Part shown: positions 8,188 through 17,899 of the stretch, one piece after another
Position numbering within the stretch: position 1 is the first letter of the stretch
How the letters are laid out: each line of letters begins with the position of its first letter
Assembly (NCBI GenBank): GCA_050872525.1
Contig: JBNMHB010000001.1
Location: forward strand, 10,210 to 74,209
Direction: 5' to 3'
Length of the DNA stretch: 64,000 bases
Origin: Bacteroidales bacterium
GTDB taxonomy: Bacteria; Bacteroidota; Bacteroidia; Bacteroidales; Paludibacteraceae
Notes under the pieces: model-generated
Told to the model about the DNA's origin: nothing
The model's database searches: none
What the model saw: only the letters and a program-made list of their open reading frames with translations
Program-made: the position numbers and the translations under genes

Positions 8188-10245
8188 TTAGAGATTATTT
8201 TCCAAGAAAAGCATGATACGACGGTGGAGGTGGTCGTAGTTGCTACGCTTCCGGAGAAAATGGTTGTCGTCGGTATAGAGTTGCATCTCAAACTGTTTGC
8301 CTGCCTGAACCAGCGACTCTATATATAATAAGGTGTTCTGTGCGTGGACATTGTCGTCTGCCAAACCATGCACGATGAGTAGTTTGCCATTGAGCAATTC
8401 ACCTTTGTCGGTCAGATTGCTGAAGTTGTATCCTTTTTCATTCACTTGCGGGCGACGCATATATCGCTCGGTGTATGCCGAGTCGTAGAGACGCCAGTCG
8501 GTAACAGGGGCGATGGCAATACCGCAACGGAAGGGACTGTCGGGTTGCGACATGGTCGTAATCGTCTGAAAACCACCATAACTCCACCCGCACATACAGA
8601 GCCGGTCAGCGTCCACATAGGGGAGCGATTGCATATAACGGGCGGCACTAATCTGGTCATATGCCTCCACCTGACCGAGTTGCATGTAAGAGGCGTTGCG
8701 GAACTGACGTCCACGGCAGTCGGTGCCACGTGCGTCCACACAAGCGACGATATATCCCTGATTAGCAAGGTAATACTCGAAACGTTTACTCCACTGGTTG
8801 AGTACACGCTGGCTCTGCGGACCGGAGTATTGCATCATCATCACGGGGTATTTTTTTGTCTTGTCGAAGTTCTTGGGGAGAATCATCCAACCGTTGAGTT
8901 GGTCGCCACGCTCGGTGGTAAAAGAGAAAAACTCTTTTTCGGGGATGGCAAGTGCTACCCAATCGCGGGCGATGTCAGCATTGTCTTCCAATACCTTAAG
9001 CGTGCGCTTTCCGCCGTCTTTGGAAAGGGCATAGAGTGTGTATGTATTCGGTTGATTTATAGACTGATAGTTGTCAATCATCTTGCGGAAGTCGGCAGAG
9101 AAAGACAGGTTGTGCGTGCCCTCGCCTGTGGTCAGACAGACGGGAGTGCCTTTTTTGAGCGAAAGCATATACCCCTGACGGGTCTGCGGTGTTGTAGCCG
9201 CCTGATAATAAAGCGTTTGCGTCGGTTCGTCGAAACCATATATGTCGGTCAGGTCAGTGCCGTCAATCGTGAGTTGTTTCTGCAAGATACCCTGCGCGGA
9301 GTAGAGATAGGCAGCACGCCATCCACTTTTTTCGCTGACGATGATGACACGGTTGTCGGACAACCATTGCCATTGGTCGAACAACGAATAATCCATGAAA
9401 AAGTCTTGGCTCTCTTCCTTATATAAGAGGCGTGAGACGGTGGAACGTGAGTTGCAGAGCAGAACGTCCATACGTGTCTGGTCGCGGTTAAGACGCAAGA
9501 CTGCCAACTCGGCAGGAGTCTCCGTTTTGCCATCGCAGGTGGGATTGGTCCATCGCAGACGGGGAATATACACATCGTCGTCGGCGTCGTGGGTCTGCAT
9601 GGTACGAATGGTCTTGTTCTGTATATCGTACACACATACAGACACTTGCGCGTTAGGGGTGCCTGCTTTCGGATAGCGGAGCGACTCCTCCGGAGGATAG
9701 GGGTATCCGAGAAATTCCTGCCACGAGAACGTGGGGACCTGTGTCTCGTTGAGACGCACAAAAGCCAACTGCTTGGAGTCGGGCGAGAAAGCAAACATAC
9801 ACGTTGCGCCAAATTCTTCCTCGTAGAGCCAGTCGGCTACTCCGTTGATAATCTCGGGGTTAGCGTCGTTAGTAACTGCTACCTCGGTGCCAAAATCGAG
9901 TTTGTGCAGATAAAGATTGTTGCCCTTTGCGAAAGCGATGTATCGGCCATTGGGAGATAAGACGGCGTCTCGTACCGGTGTGTCGCTGAGGTGTTTGCGT
10001 GTGTTTTTCTGTGTGTCTATGATGTAATAATCTGCCACGAAAGAACGACGGAACAACTGTTGCTTGTTCTCGTATTCGAGGCGAAAACGCCCCTCTTGTG
10101 TATAACCTAACACGCTGTCAATCTGCTCGGTAGAGAGTTTGCGCGCATTGTAGTTGCCACTCAGTATGTCGGAAAGCACATCTGCATGCCCCCACATTGG
10201 CAATGCCAAAAAAAGAACCAGAAGGGTGTATTTCATTTGTTTCAT
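8188..10245 (-). CDS. Dipeptidyl-peptidase IV-type S9B serine peptidase (685 aa)
   Basis: A signal peptide and a DPPIV N-terminal beta-propeller region are followed by the catalytic Ser motif GWSYGG (CMCGWSYGGFQT). The Asp/His region is HGLADDNVH...DDNHF. Confidence 0.9.
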   Translation of the reverse strand: MKQMKYTLLVLFLALPMWGHADVLSDILSGNYNARKLSTEQIDSVLGYTQEGRFRLEYENKQQLFRRSFVADYYIIDTQKNTRKHLSDTPVRDAVLSPNGRYIAFAKGNNLYLHKLDFGTEVAVTNDANPEIINGVADWLYEEEFGATCMFAFSPDSKQLAFVRLNETQVPTFSWQEFLGYPYPPEESLRYPKAGTPNAQVSVCVYDIQNKTIRTMQTHDADDDVYIPRLRWTNPTCDGKTETPAELAVLRLNRDQTRMDVLLCNSRSTVSRLLYKEESQDFFMDYSLFDQWQWLSDNRVIIVSEKSGWRAAYLYSAQGILQKQLTIDGTDLTDIYGFDEPTQTLYYQAATTPQTRQGYMLSLKKGTPVCLTTGEGTHNLSFSADFRKMIDNYQSINQPNTYTLYALSKDGGKRTLKVLEDNADIARDWVALAIPEKEFFSFTTERGDQLNGWMILPKNFDKTKKYPVMMMQYSGPQSQRVLNQWSKRFEYYLANQGYIVACVDARGTDCRGRQFRNASYMQLGQVEAYDQISAARYMQSLPYVDADRLCMCGWSYGGFQTITTMSQPDSPFRCGIAIAPVTDWRLYDSAYTERYMRRPQVNEKGYNFSNLTDKGELLNGKLLIVHGLADDNVHAQNTLLYIESLVQAGKQFEMQLYTDDNHFLRKRSNYDHLHRRIMLFLENNL

Positions 10246-10391
10246 ATTTGTTTCGAGGTTAATGATTGTTTTGCGGTTGTGTTTTTTGAGGAAAATATAA
10301 CATTTTGACGTTTCAGACCGGTCTTAGACCCGCTTAAGACCCGCTATAGACCCCCTAAATCGCCAAACCGCGCAAAGGTAGGAAAAATAAA

Positions 10392-11699
10392 TCATTTGTG
10401 CAAATAAATTCTCTTTTTATCACCTTGAATGTGCAATTCATAAATTCCTATTTGTATGACCTTTTCGGGTTGGTCGGAGGTGTCGGGAGAGGTGAGGTCG
10501 GAGCGTTTAGGGAAAGATGTATAGTGCGTAACTGATTCATTTTCAGGTGCTTCGTATAGCAATGCCTGATAGACCAACGTGGATTCGTTGAGGCGCACAA
10601 GTTTGCCACACCAATTCCGGTCTGCGTCGATTGATGTCCACAAGGCAGACACCAATCGGGAATTTGAGTCGGGGACAAAAAAAGCGATGGTTTGGTCGGC
10701 AAGCGGTCGATAGTGCCAGCGAGAGGGGGCGTCGAATAGTTGGTTGTTTCTGTAACCGACTGATTCTGAGGAAGCAACGTGTGTAATAGTGGCGGTGCTA
10801 TCCAGCGCGAAATCAATGTAATAGACCATTGATGGTGTGATGTCGAATTGTCGCTCATACCATATACTGTCGGTGGTGGAAAGCGAAACCTCTATGGCGG
10901 GCAAGGTGCCTGTGGAATTATCTACTTTTCCGGCATAGGCGGTATTCACTACGGGGAAAGCGATGGCGTAGTAACCACTCTGACAATCAGTGCGTTGCAA
11001 TAAATCGGGGTCTTGAAGATTGTCGGAATATACCGCCCAAAGTGTTGTATTTTGACGAGGATGAAATACGCTGTTGGCGGCGTGGATTTGTGGTTTGACG
11101 GTGGTCTTTTCGATGGCGTTTTCTGTCCATCCGAGGGCTTTCCACCCTTCTGCATCGGGTGGGGTAGGCAGAGTAATTCCGCTGCCGATTTGCGTTTCGG
11201 TGAGGGTGGCGAAAGTGCCTGCTTCTGTCTGTAAATCAACGGAATATGGTCGTGCGGCGGATTTTTGGTAGATGATTTTGTACTTCTCTATATATAAGGA
11301 GTTGGTGCTTGCCTGAATGGTGATGACGATGTTGCCGTCGGTGCAATCTGCGGCGGGGGTAAAAGTGTGTGTGATATCCACAAAATCAGAGGAATACGCG
11401 CCACTCCATACATCAAATCCGCAATCGGGGATTGTCCATACTTCGCGCCTGTCAACAGACATTTGCAAAGAGCCTGCGCCTGCCGCTTTGTTGGAGCGCA
11501 TAGATAGCGTAACACCCTGTATTTCAGTGTTTCCCCAATTGGAAAGGGTTAGCGTGGCAGTCTGCCCGGCAGTGATTTGTCCTTTTTTGCCAGTGCAGAC
11601 ATATTCGGCATGTGCGTTCTCCGGTATGATGCCGCTTTGAGAAACTTTTTTGTTGCTTTCGACCACGAATGTGGCAACCAATGCAATCAAACTAAACAT
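10392..11699 (-). CDS. Secreted protein of unknown function (435 aa from ATG 11699)
   Basis: I chose the start MFSLIALVATFVV because a TACCTTTG -7 box lies about 23 nt upstream on the minus strand. The longer ORF start at 11735 would precede that promoter. An internal segment, ITLPTPPDAEGWKALGWTE...TTLWAVYS, resembles a Listeria-Bacteroides (Flg_new) repeat. Confidence 0.55.
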   Translation of the reverse strand: MFSLIALVATFVVESNKKVSQSGIIPENAHAEYVCTGKKGQITAGQTATLTLSNWGNTEIQGVTLSMRSNKAAGAGSLQMSVDRREVWTIPDCGFDVWSGAYSSDFVDITHTFTPAADCTDGNIVITIQASTNSLYIEKYKIIYQKSAARPYSVDLQTEAGTFATLTETQIGSGITLPTPPDAEGWKALGWTENAIEKTTVKPQIHAANSVFHPRQNTTLWAVYSDNLQDPDLLQRTDCQSGYYAIAFPVVNTAYAGKVDNSTGTLPAIEVSLSTTDSIWYERQFDITPSMVYYIDFALDSTATITHVASSESVGYRNNQLFDAPSRWHYRPLADQTIAFFVPDSNSRLVSALWTSIDADRNWCGKLVRLNESTLVYQALLYEAPENESVTHYTSFPKRSDLTSPDTSDQPEKVIQIGIYELHIQGDKKRIYLHK

Positions 11700-11721
11700 T
11701 TTTGCAAAATCAATTTGTCCA

Positions 11722-11729
11722 CAAAGGTA
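11722..11729 (-). promoter_or_regulatory. Bacteroidetes -7 promoter box (TACCTTTG) for the 10392..11699 gene
   Basis: Plus-strand caaaggta equals minus-strand TACCTTTG, which matches the TAnnTTTG consensus of the Bacteroidetes primary sigma factor. Confidence 0.45.
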
Positions 11730-11801
11730 AAGCAAATTTTACACATCAGCAATTTTCTTGCGAATAATTGGAAATTATTTTCGTATTTCGGAAAAAAGTA
11801 G

Positions 11802-11809
11802 TAACTTTG
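11802..11809 (+). promoter_or_regulatory. Bacteroidetes -7 promoter box (TAACTTTG) upstream of nqrA
   Basis: TAACTTTG matches TAnnTTTG. It lies about 120 nt upstream of the nqrA ATG, in the divergent intergenic region. Confidence 0.45.
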
Positions 11810-11927
11810 CACGCATTTGGTGTGAATTATCATAAAAGATGTTAGGGTTTGGCGTTTTTGTGCGCCTGCCGATGACAAAATGATATGTTCTGGAAAATGA
11901 ATACGAAATAAAAATATATTAACAATC

Positions 11928-13280
11928 ATGCAACAAATCAAACTGAAACGTGGTTTGGACATACCTTTTGACGGCGCGGCTGCATTGACACTCGGTAGTG
12001 TTAATCGTCCGGCGGTCTATCATATTGTGCCCGACCATTTCGCCGGTATCACCCCAAAACTGATGGTGAGAGAAGGCGACAGCGTGAAGGCGGGTTCTCC
12101 CCTGTTTCACGACAAGGCATTTGAGCAGATGTTGTTTACATCGCCGGTGAGCGGTAAAGTTGTGGCAATCGTCCGCGGCGACCGCCGAAAAGTGATGTCT
12201 ATCGACATTGAAGCAGATGCTTGCATCGCGTATGAGACGTTTGATAAGTCTGCTGACCCCAAGACTCTTCTTCTCCGGTCGGGTCTTTGGAGTCTGATTA
12301 AGCAGCGTCCTTATGACTGTATTGCTATGCCCAGTAAGCAGCCGAAGGCTATCTTCGTTTCGACATTTGATTCCGCTCCTGTGGCACCGGACTATGAGTG
12401 GGTGCTGAAAGGACAGTTGGTACAACTGCAGGCGGCAGTGAGTGCGCTGAGTGCGATTGCGCCTGTGTATGTGGGTATCCGTGGCGGTGCCAAGGCTACC
12501 GAGTTCCGCGAGTTGAAAGACTGCACGCTTTACGAAGTGTTCGGTCCGCACCCCGCAGGCAACGTAGGTGTGCAAATCAACCGTGTGGCACCAATTGCCA
12601 AAGGTGAGACTGTCTGGACAATCAACATCCAAGACCTCAGCCTGATAGGTCGCCTGTTCACAAAAGGTATTGTGGATATGCAGAAGAAAGTGGCTCTGAC
12701 AGGACCGCTTGCATACGGCGCACAATATTATAATGTGTTGCCGGGTATGCCTGTGGCAGAGATTTTCCGTAGCAACGTGATGACCGGTGAGCCTGTGCGC
12801 TATGTGGCAGGCAACGTGTTGAGCGGACACCAAGTGGGCATAGACGAGATGATTAGTATCTATGACAACCAGTTTACGGTTTTAGACGAAGGTACTGAGA
12901 ATCATGAGTTTATGGGCTGGATAATGCCGCGTTTTGACGGTTTTAATGCCGGCAAGACAGACCCCGCGAAGATGCTTGATTGTGGTTTTATGCATTGGCT
13001 CTTCGGCAAGAAACATTATCAGTGGGACGCTCGTCTGAAAGGTGGTCGCCGTGCGATTATCGTAAGTGGTGAGTATGACAAGGTGTTCCCGATGGACATC
13101 TACCCCGAATACCTGATAAAGGCGATGATTGCCGGCAATATCGACAAGATGGAGGCTCTCGGTGTGTATGAAGTGGCACCCGAAGACTTCGCTCTTTGCG
13201 AGTATGTCTGCACCTCGAAAATGCCTCTTCAGGCTATCGTACGCACAGCATTGGATAACCTAAAAAAGGAGATTGAGTGA
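11928..13280 (+). CDS. nqrA: Na+-translocating NADH:quinone oxidoreductase subunit A
   Basis: 450 aa and first gene of a six-gene cluster with tight or overlapping junctions. The N-terminus MQQIKLKRGLDIPFDGAA is typical of NqrA. Gene order and sizes match nqrABCDEF. Confidence 0.9.
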   Translation: MQQIKLKRGLDIPFDGAAALTLGSVNRPAVYHIVPDHFAGITPKLMVREGDSVKAGSPLFHDKAFEQMLFTSPVSGKVVAIVRGDRRKVMSIDIEADACIAYETFDKSADPKTLLLRSGLWSLIKQRPYDCIAMPSKQPKAIFVSTFDSAPVAPDYEWVLKGQLVQLQAAVSALSAIAPVYVGIRGGAKATEFRELKDCTLYEVFGPHPAGNVGVQINRVAPIAKGETVWTINIQDLSLIGRLFTKGIVDMQKKVALTGPLAYGAQYYNVLPGMPVAEIFRSNVMTGEPVRYVAGNVLSGHQVGIDEMISIYDNQFTVLDEGTENHEFMGWIMPRFDGFNAGKTDPAKMLDCGFMHWLFGKKHYQWDARLKGGRRAIIVSGEYDKVFPMDIYPEYLIKAMIAGNIDKMEALGVYEVAPEDFALCEYVCTSKMPLQAIVRTALDNLKKEIE

Positions 13281-14485
13281 TGTTTAAGGGTTTATATAAT
13301 TTTGTAGAGAAACTTCGCCCGACCTTCTCGGAAGGGGGCAAGTTGCATGCCTTGCACTCTGTGTTTGACGGTTTTGACACTTTCTTGTTCACGCCGAACA
13401 CAACATCCAAGCGCATTGGTACACAAATCCACGACGGTTCGGACTCGAAACGAACTATGATTCTGGTGGTTATGGCACTCGTTCCCGCGATGCTGTTCGG
13501 TATGTTCAATGTGGGCTACCAACACCTGCTGGCTACGGGCGAATTGGTGCGCGGAGGAATGACCTGCGCATTGTGGTGGAAAGCCTTCGGCTTCGGTCTG
13601 TTGGCTGTACTGCCTTATATATTAGTTAGTTACGCTGTCGGACTCGGTATCGAATTTACAGTGGCACAATGGAAGAAAGAGGAGATTCAAGAGGGCTTCC
13701 TCGTTACGGGTTTCATCATTCCGCTGATTGTGCCAATCAACACCCCGCTGTGGATGGTGGCTATCGCTACTGCCTTCGCGGTTATCTTTGCGAAAGAGGT
13801 GTTCGGCGGTACCGGTTATAACATCTTCAACGTGGCTCTTATCACGCGCGCGTTCCTATTCTTTGCATATCCGACACACATGACCGGTGATGCGGCTTTT
13901 GTTCGTACCGGCGGTACTTGGGGTTGGGATAGTGGCAAGACTGTCGTGGACGGCTTCTCGGGAGCAACGCCTCTGACGCAGATTGCTACCACTACCGACG
14001 CCAACCTGATTCCTGTTGATTTCTGGACCGCTTTCAATGGTCTGATTCCTGGGTCTGTAGGTGAGACCTGCTGCTGGGCTATCCTGCTCGGTGCACTCTT
14101 GCTGCTGACAACGGGTGTGGCATCGTGGAAGACAATGCTCAGCATCTTTGTAGGTGGCGGACTGACAGCGTGGCTTTTCAATGTCTGTGGTCCTGACACG
14201 GCGGCTGCGCATTTCCCATGGTATATGCAACTCATCACCGGCGGTTTCGCTTTCGGTGCTGTGTTTATGGCTACCGACCCTGTTACTTCGGCTCGTACGG
14301 AGTGTGGTAAGTGGATTTACGGTCTGCTCATCGGTTTTATGGCAGTGGTTATCCGCGTGCTCAACCCCGGTTATCCGGAGGGTATGATGCTTGCTATCCT
14401 GCTGATGAACGCCTTTGCTCCACTCATCGACTGGTGCGTAGTGCAAGTGAATATCAAACGTCGTATGAAACGCGCTAAAATCTAA
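13277..14485 (+). CDS. nqrB: Na+-translocating NADH:quinone oxidoreductase subunit B
   Basis: 402 aa and polytopic. The GFSGATPL segment corresponds to the FMN-binding Thr region of NqrB/RnfD. It overlaps the nqrA stop (ATGA). Confidence 0.9.
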   Translation: MMFKGLYNFVEKLRPTFSEGGKLHALHSVFDGFDTFLFTPNTTSKRIGTQIHDGSDSKRTMILVVMALVPAMLFGMFNVGYQHLLATGELVRGGMTCALWWKAFGFGLLAVLPYILVSYAVGLGIEFTVAQWKKEEIQEGFLVTGFIIPLIVPINTPLWMVAIATAFAVIFAKEVFGGTGYNIFNVALITRAFLFFAYPTHMTGDAAFVRTGGTWGWDSGKTVVDGFSGATPLTQIATTTDANLIPVDFWTAFNGLIPGSVGETCCWAILLGALLLLTTGVASWKTMLSIFVGGGLTAWLFNVCGPDTAAAHFPWYMQLITGGFAFGAVFMATDPVTSARTECGKWIYGLLIGFMAVVIRVLNPGYPEGMMLAILLMNAFAPLIDWCVVQVNIKRRMKRAKI

Positions 14486-14490
14486 ATAAT

Positions 14491-15294
14491 ATGGCACAGA
14501 AGAAATTTGTATGCTCCGTATGTGGCTATGTCCACATAGGCGATAATGCACCTGAGGAGTGCCCGCAGTGCCACCAGAAAGGTGTGTTTGTAGAGCAAAA
14601 GAAAAAAGGACTTGACACTAATAGCAACGTCTATACCATAGTTTATGCAACGGTGATTGTGGTTATTGTGGCAATTTTGTTGGCAGTGGTGAGCCAAGTG
14701 CTCAGTCCTCGCCAACAGGCAAATGCGCTGCTTGACCAACAAAAGCAGATTCTGGTAGCCCTGAATCAGGACTACTCGAAGGCGGACCCTGCGGCTATGT
14801 ATAAGGAGTTGGTAAAAGACTCGACCGCGAATGGTTTGCCTCTGTATGTGGCAACGATTGACGGCGAGACCAAGTATGTACTCAAACTGCACGGTGCAGG
14901 TTTGTGGGGTGGCATAGGTGGCTATTTGGCACTCGATGCCGACAAAAATACCATCTTCGGTATCAACTTCAACCACGAGAGTGAGACTCCGGGTCTGGGT
15001 GCCGAGATAGTTACTGCCTATTTCCGTAACCAATTTAACGGCAAACATATCCGCAATGCCGAGGGAACTATTTGCTCGGTGGCTGTACTCAAGACAGGTA
15101 AGACTGCAGAGAACGGACAAGAGCAAGTGGACGCTATTTCGGGCGCAACTATCACATCTACAGGTGTGAGTGATATGTTGGTAAATAACCTTGCAGAGTA
15201 TGCCGAGTTCCTTAACGATTGTCAAACCAACAACTGCGCTGCTCCGTGCGAGGCTGTCTCCGAGAGCGACGAGGTTGCACAAACTGTTGAATAA
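14491..15294 (+). CDS. nqrC: Na+-translocating NADH:quinone oxidoreductase subunit C, with an extra N-terminal CxxC...CxxC zinc-ribbon/rubredoxin-like segment
   Basis: The NqrC body has one TM helix (VYTIVYATVIVVIVAILLAVV) and the FMN attachment motif SGATITS. It is preceded in frame by about 40 aa, MAQKKFVCSVCGYVHIGDNAPEECPQCHQKG. Confidence 0.85.
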   Translation: MAQKKFVCSVCGYVHIGDNAPEECPQCHQKGVFVEQKKKGLDTNSNVYTIVYATVIVVIVAILLAVVSQVLSPRQQANALLDQQKQILVALNQDYSKADPAAMYKELVKDSTANGLPLYVATIDGETKYVLKLHGAGLWGGIGGYLALDADKNTIFGINFNHESETPGLGAEIVTAYFRNQFNGKHIRNAEGTICSVAVLKTGKTAENGQEQVDAISGATITSTGVSDMLVNNLAEYAEFLNDCQTNNCAAPCEAVSESDEVAQTVE

Positions 15295-15296
15295 CT

Positions 15297-15926
15297 ATGG
15301 CACTTTCACAAAAAACAAAAGATGTCCTTCTCGGACCGCTCAATAAGAACAACCCTGTGGTTGTGCAAATCTTGGGTATCTGTTCGGCACTCGCCGTTAC
15401 GGTACAACTCAAGCCTGCATTGGTGATGGGTATCGCGGTAACGATTATCGTGGCAATGTCCAACGTAATCATTTCGCTGATGCGTAAAACCATTCCGATG
15501 CGTATTCGTATCATTGTCCAATTAGTCGTTGTGGCAGCGTTGGTTACATTGGTGAGCGAGGTGCTGAAAGCCTTTGCATACGATGTGGCAATGCAGTTGA
15601 GCGTCTATATCGGACTTATCATTACCAACTGTATCCTGATGGGGCGCCTCGAGGCGTTTGCCATGACCAACAATGTGAAGGACTCGTTCTTGGACGGTCT
15701 GGGCAATGGTTTCGGCTATGCTATCATCTTGGTTATCGTGGCTTTCATTCGTGAGTTGCTCGGTTCGGGTACACTGCTCGGCTACCGTGTGATTCCTGAG
15801 AGTTGGTATGTTGCCAATGGCGGTTGCTATGAGAACTGCGGTATGATGATGATGCCGGCTATGGCATTGATTCTCGTAGGTTGTATCATCTGGGCTCACC
15901 GTGGTCTAAATAAGGAGGAGAAGTAA
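15297..15926 (+). CDS. nqrD: Na+-translocating NADH:quinone oxidoreductase subunit D
   Basis: 209 aa and hydrophobic. It resembles the NqrD/RnfE family ([10 protein letters not shown]). Position in the operon also fits. Confidence 0.9.
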   Translation: MALSQKTKDVLLGPLNKNNPVVVQILGICSALAVTVQLKPALVMGIAVTIIVAMSNVIISLMRKTIPMRIRIIVQLVVVAALVTLVSEVLKAFAYDVAMQLSVYIGLIITNCILMGRLEAFAMTNNVKDSFLDGLGNGFGYAIILVIVAFIRELLGSGTLLGYRVIPESWYVANGGCYENCGMMMMPAMALILVGCIIWAHRGLNKEEK

Positions 15927-15927
15927 T

Positions 15928-16536
15928 ATGGAACATGCATTAAGTCTATTTGTTCGCAGCATTTTTGCTGACAACATGATTTTCGCATACTTCTTAGGTA
16001 TGTGTTCGTATCTGGCAGTATCGAAAGACGTTAAAACGAGTGCAGGTTTGGGCGTTGCCGTTACGTTTGTACTGACTATCACGCTGCCGCTCAACTACTT
16101 GCTGCAAGTGTATGTGCTCAACCCTCTCAACTTGGGCTATCTGTCGTTCATCCTGTTTATCGCAGTTATCGCGGCTATCACACAGTTGGTGGAGATGATT
16201 GTGGAGAAATACTCGCCGTCACTCTATTCGTCGTTGGGTATCTTCTTGCCGCTTATCGCCGTAAACTGCGCCATCATGGGTGGTTCGCTCTTTATGCAAC
16301 AGCGTATCCTGCTTGAGCCGGAGAACGTAAAAGCGATTGCCAATCTGGGTGATGCGTTTGCGTACGCTATCGGTTCAGGTTTAGGATGGATGTTGGCGAT
16401 TGTCTGCCTGGCAGGTATCCGTGAGAAAATGGAATATAACGATGTGCCGAAACCACTACAGGGATTAGGAATCACCTTTATCACCGTAGGTCTGATGGCT
16501 ATGGCATTCATGTGCTTTTCAGGACTTAATATCTAA
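15928..16536 (+). CDS. nqrE: Na+-translocating NADH:quinone oxidoreductase subunit E
   Basis: 202 aa and hydrophobic. It resembles the NqrE/RnfA family ([20 protein letters not shown]). Position in the operon also fits. Confidence 0.9.
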   Translation: MEHALSLFVRSIFADNMIFAYFLGMCSYLAVSKDVKTSAGLGVAVTFVLTITLPLNYLLQVYVLNPLNLGYLSFILFIAVIAAITQLVEMIVEKYSPSLYSSLGIFLPLIAVNCAIMGGSLFMQQRILLEPENVKAIANLGDAFAYAIGSGLGWMLAIVCLAGIREKMEYNDVPKPLQGLGITFITVGLMAMAFMCFSGLNI

Positions 16537-16550
16537 TAGGAGGAAAAAGT

Positions 16551-17831
16551 ATGAATGTAATGGCTATATTATCTGCAGTAGGCGTCTTCTTGGCGGTTAT
16601 CCTGCTGCTTGTCATCATCCTTTTGGTGGCAAAGAAGTACCTTGTGCCGTCGGGTGATGTCAAAATCACTGTCAATGGCGATAAGGTATATCATGTACCC
16701 GCAGGCGGTACGCTCTTGTCTGCTATGGGCGAAGCGGGCGTTCACCTGCCTTCGGCTTGTGGTGGTAAGGGTTCATGCGGTCAGTGTAAGTGCCAAGTTC
16801 TTGAAGGGGGCGGTGAGATACTGCCTACAGAGACCGTGCACTTCAATCGCAAACAGCAGCAAGACCATTGGCGTCTGGGCTGCCAAGTCAAGGTAAAGAA
16901 CGATATGTCATTGAAAGTCAGCGAGTCTGTGCTTGGAGTAAAAGAGTGGGAATGCACCGTTATCTCCAATAAGAATGTGGCTACTTTCATCAAGGAGTTC
17001 AAGGTGGCTCTTCCCAAGGGCGAGCACATGGACTTCCTGCCCGGTTCGTATGCACAAATCAAGATCCCTGCTTACGACATCAACTACAACGACTTCGACC
17101 GTTCTTTGATTGGCGACCTCTATGTACCCGCATGGGAGAAATTCGGTCTCTTCAAACTGCATCAGAAGAACACCGAGCCTACCATCCGTGCATACTCAAT
17201 GGCTAACTACCCCGATGAGGGCGACATCATCACCCTGACTGTCCGTATTGCCACACCGCCTTTCAAGCCGAAAGAGCAATGCCCCAACGGACCGGAGTTT
17301 ATGGACGTACCTTGCGGTATCGCTTCTACATACATCTTCTCGCTCAAACCGGGTGATAAGGTAACGATGTCGGGTCCTTATGGTGATTTCCACCCTGTCT
17401 TCGACAGCAAGCGCGAGATGATTTGGGTAGGTGGTGGTGCCGGTATGGCTCCGCTCCGTGCGCAGATAATGCACATGCTCAAGACCCTCAATACGCGCGA
17501 CCGCGAGATGCATTATTTCTATGGCGCACGTGCTATCGATGAAGTGTTCTTCTTGGAAGATTTCCTCGAGTTGGAGAAGGAATTCCCGAATTTCCACTTC
17601 CACTTGGCACTCGACCGTCCGGATCCGAAGGCAGATGCAATGGGCGTGAAGTACACGCCGGGCTTCATTGCTCCCGTGATGGGCGATACCTATCTCAAGC
17701 AACACGATGCTCCGGAAGATATCGAGTACTACCTCTGCGGTCCTCCGATGATGGCAAAGACTGTGCTTGACCTCCTCCACTCGTTAGGTGTTGAGGACGA
17801 CATGATTCGTTTCGATAACTTCGGCGGCTAA
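16551..17831 (+). CDS. nqrF: Na+-translocating NADH:quinone oxidoreductase subunit F
   Basis: An N-terminal TM helix is followed by a 2Fe-2S ferredoxin motif (CGGKGSCGQCKC) and an FNR-like FAD/NADH domain (RAYSMANY, GGGAGMAPL, YLCGPPMM). Confidence 0.92.
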   Translation: MNVMAILSAVGVFLAVILLLVIILLVAKKYLVPSGDVKITVNGDKVYHVPAGGTLLSAMGEAGVHLPSACGGKGSCGQCKCQVLEGGGEILPTETVHFNRKQQQDHWRLGCQVKVKNDMSLKVSESVLGVKEWECTVISNKNVATFIKEFKVALPKGEHMDFLPGSYAQIKIPAYDINYNDFDRSLIGDLYVPAWEKFGLFKLHQKNTEPTIRAYSMANYPDEGDIITLTVRIATPPFKPKEQCPNGPEFMDVPCGIASTYIFSLKPGDKVTMSGPYGDFHPVFDSKREMIWVGGGAGMAPLRAQIMHMLKTLNTRDREMHYFYGARAIDEVFFLEDFLELEKEFPNFHFHLALDRPDPKADAMGVKYTPGFIAPVMGDTYLKQHDAPEDIEYYLCGPPMMAKTVLDLLHSLGVEDDMIRFDNFGG

Positions 17832-17858
17832 AATTCCGCGCCGCAATCTTAATAAAGA

Positions 17859-17899
17859 GGCTGTCTCACAATGTAAAGTTGTTGGGCAGTCTTTTTTTA
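17859..17899 (+). terminator. Putative intrinsic terminator of the nqr operon
   Basis: An imperfect stem, ggctgtctcac pairing with gttgggcagtc (with G:U pairs and one mismatch), is followed by T7 at 17892-17898. Confidence 0.45.

Noticed and set aside
7321-9426. Long plus-strand ORFs 7321..8088 and 8446..9426
   Set aside because: They are antisense to the MFS permease and the DPP-IV peptidase respectively, both of which have strong family signatures.
11919-15282. Minus-strand ORFs 11919..12833, 13856..14551 and 14482..15282 within the nqr operon
   Set aside because: They are antisense to nqrA, nqrB and nqrC. The nqr reading frames are supported by motifs, operon order and coupled junctions.
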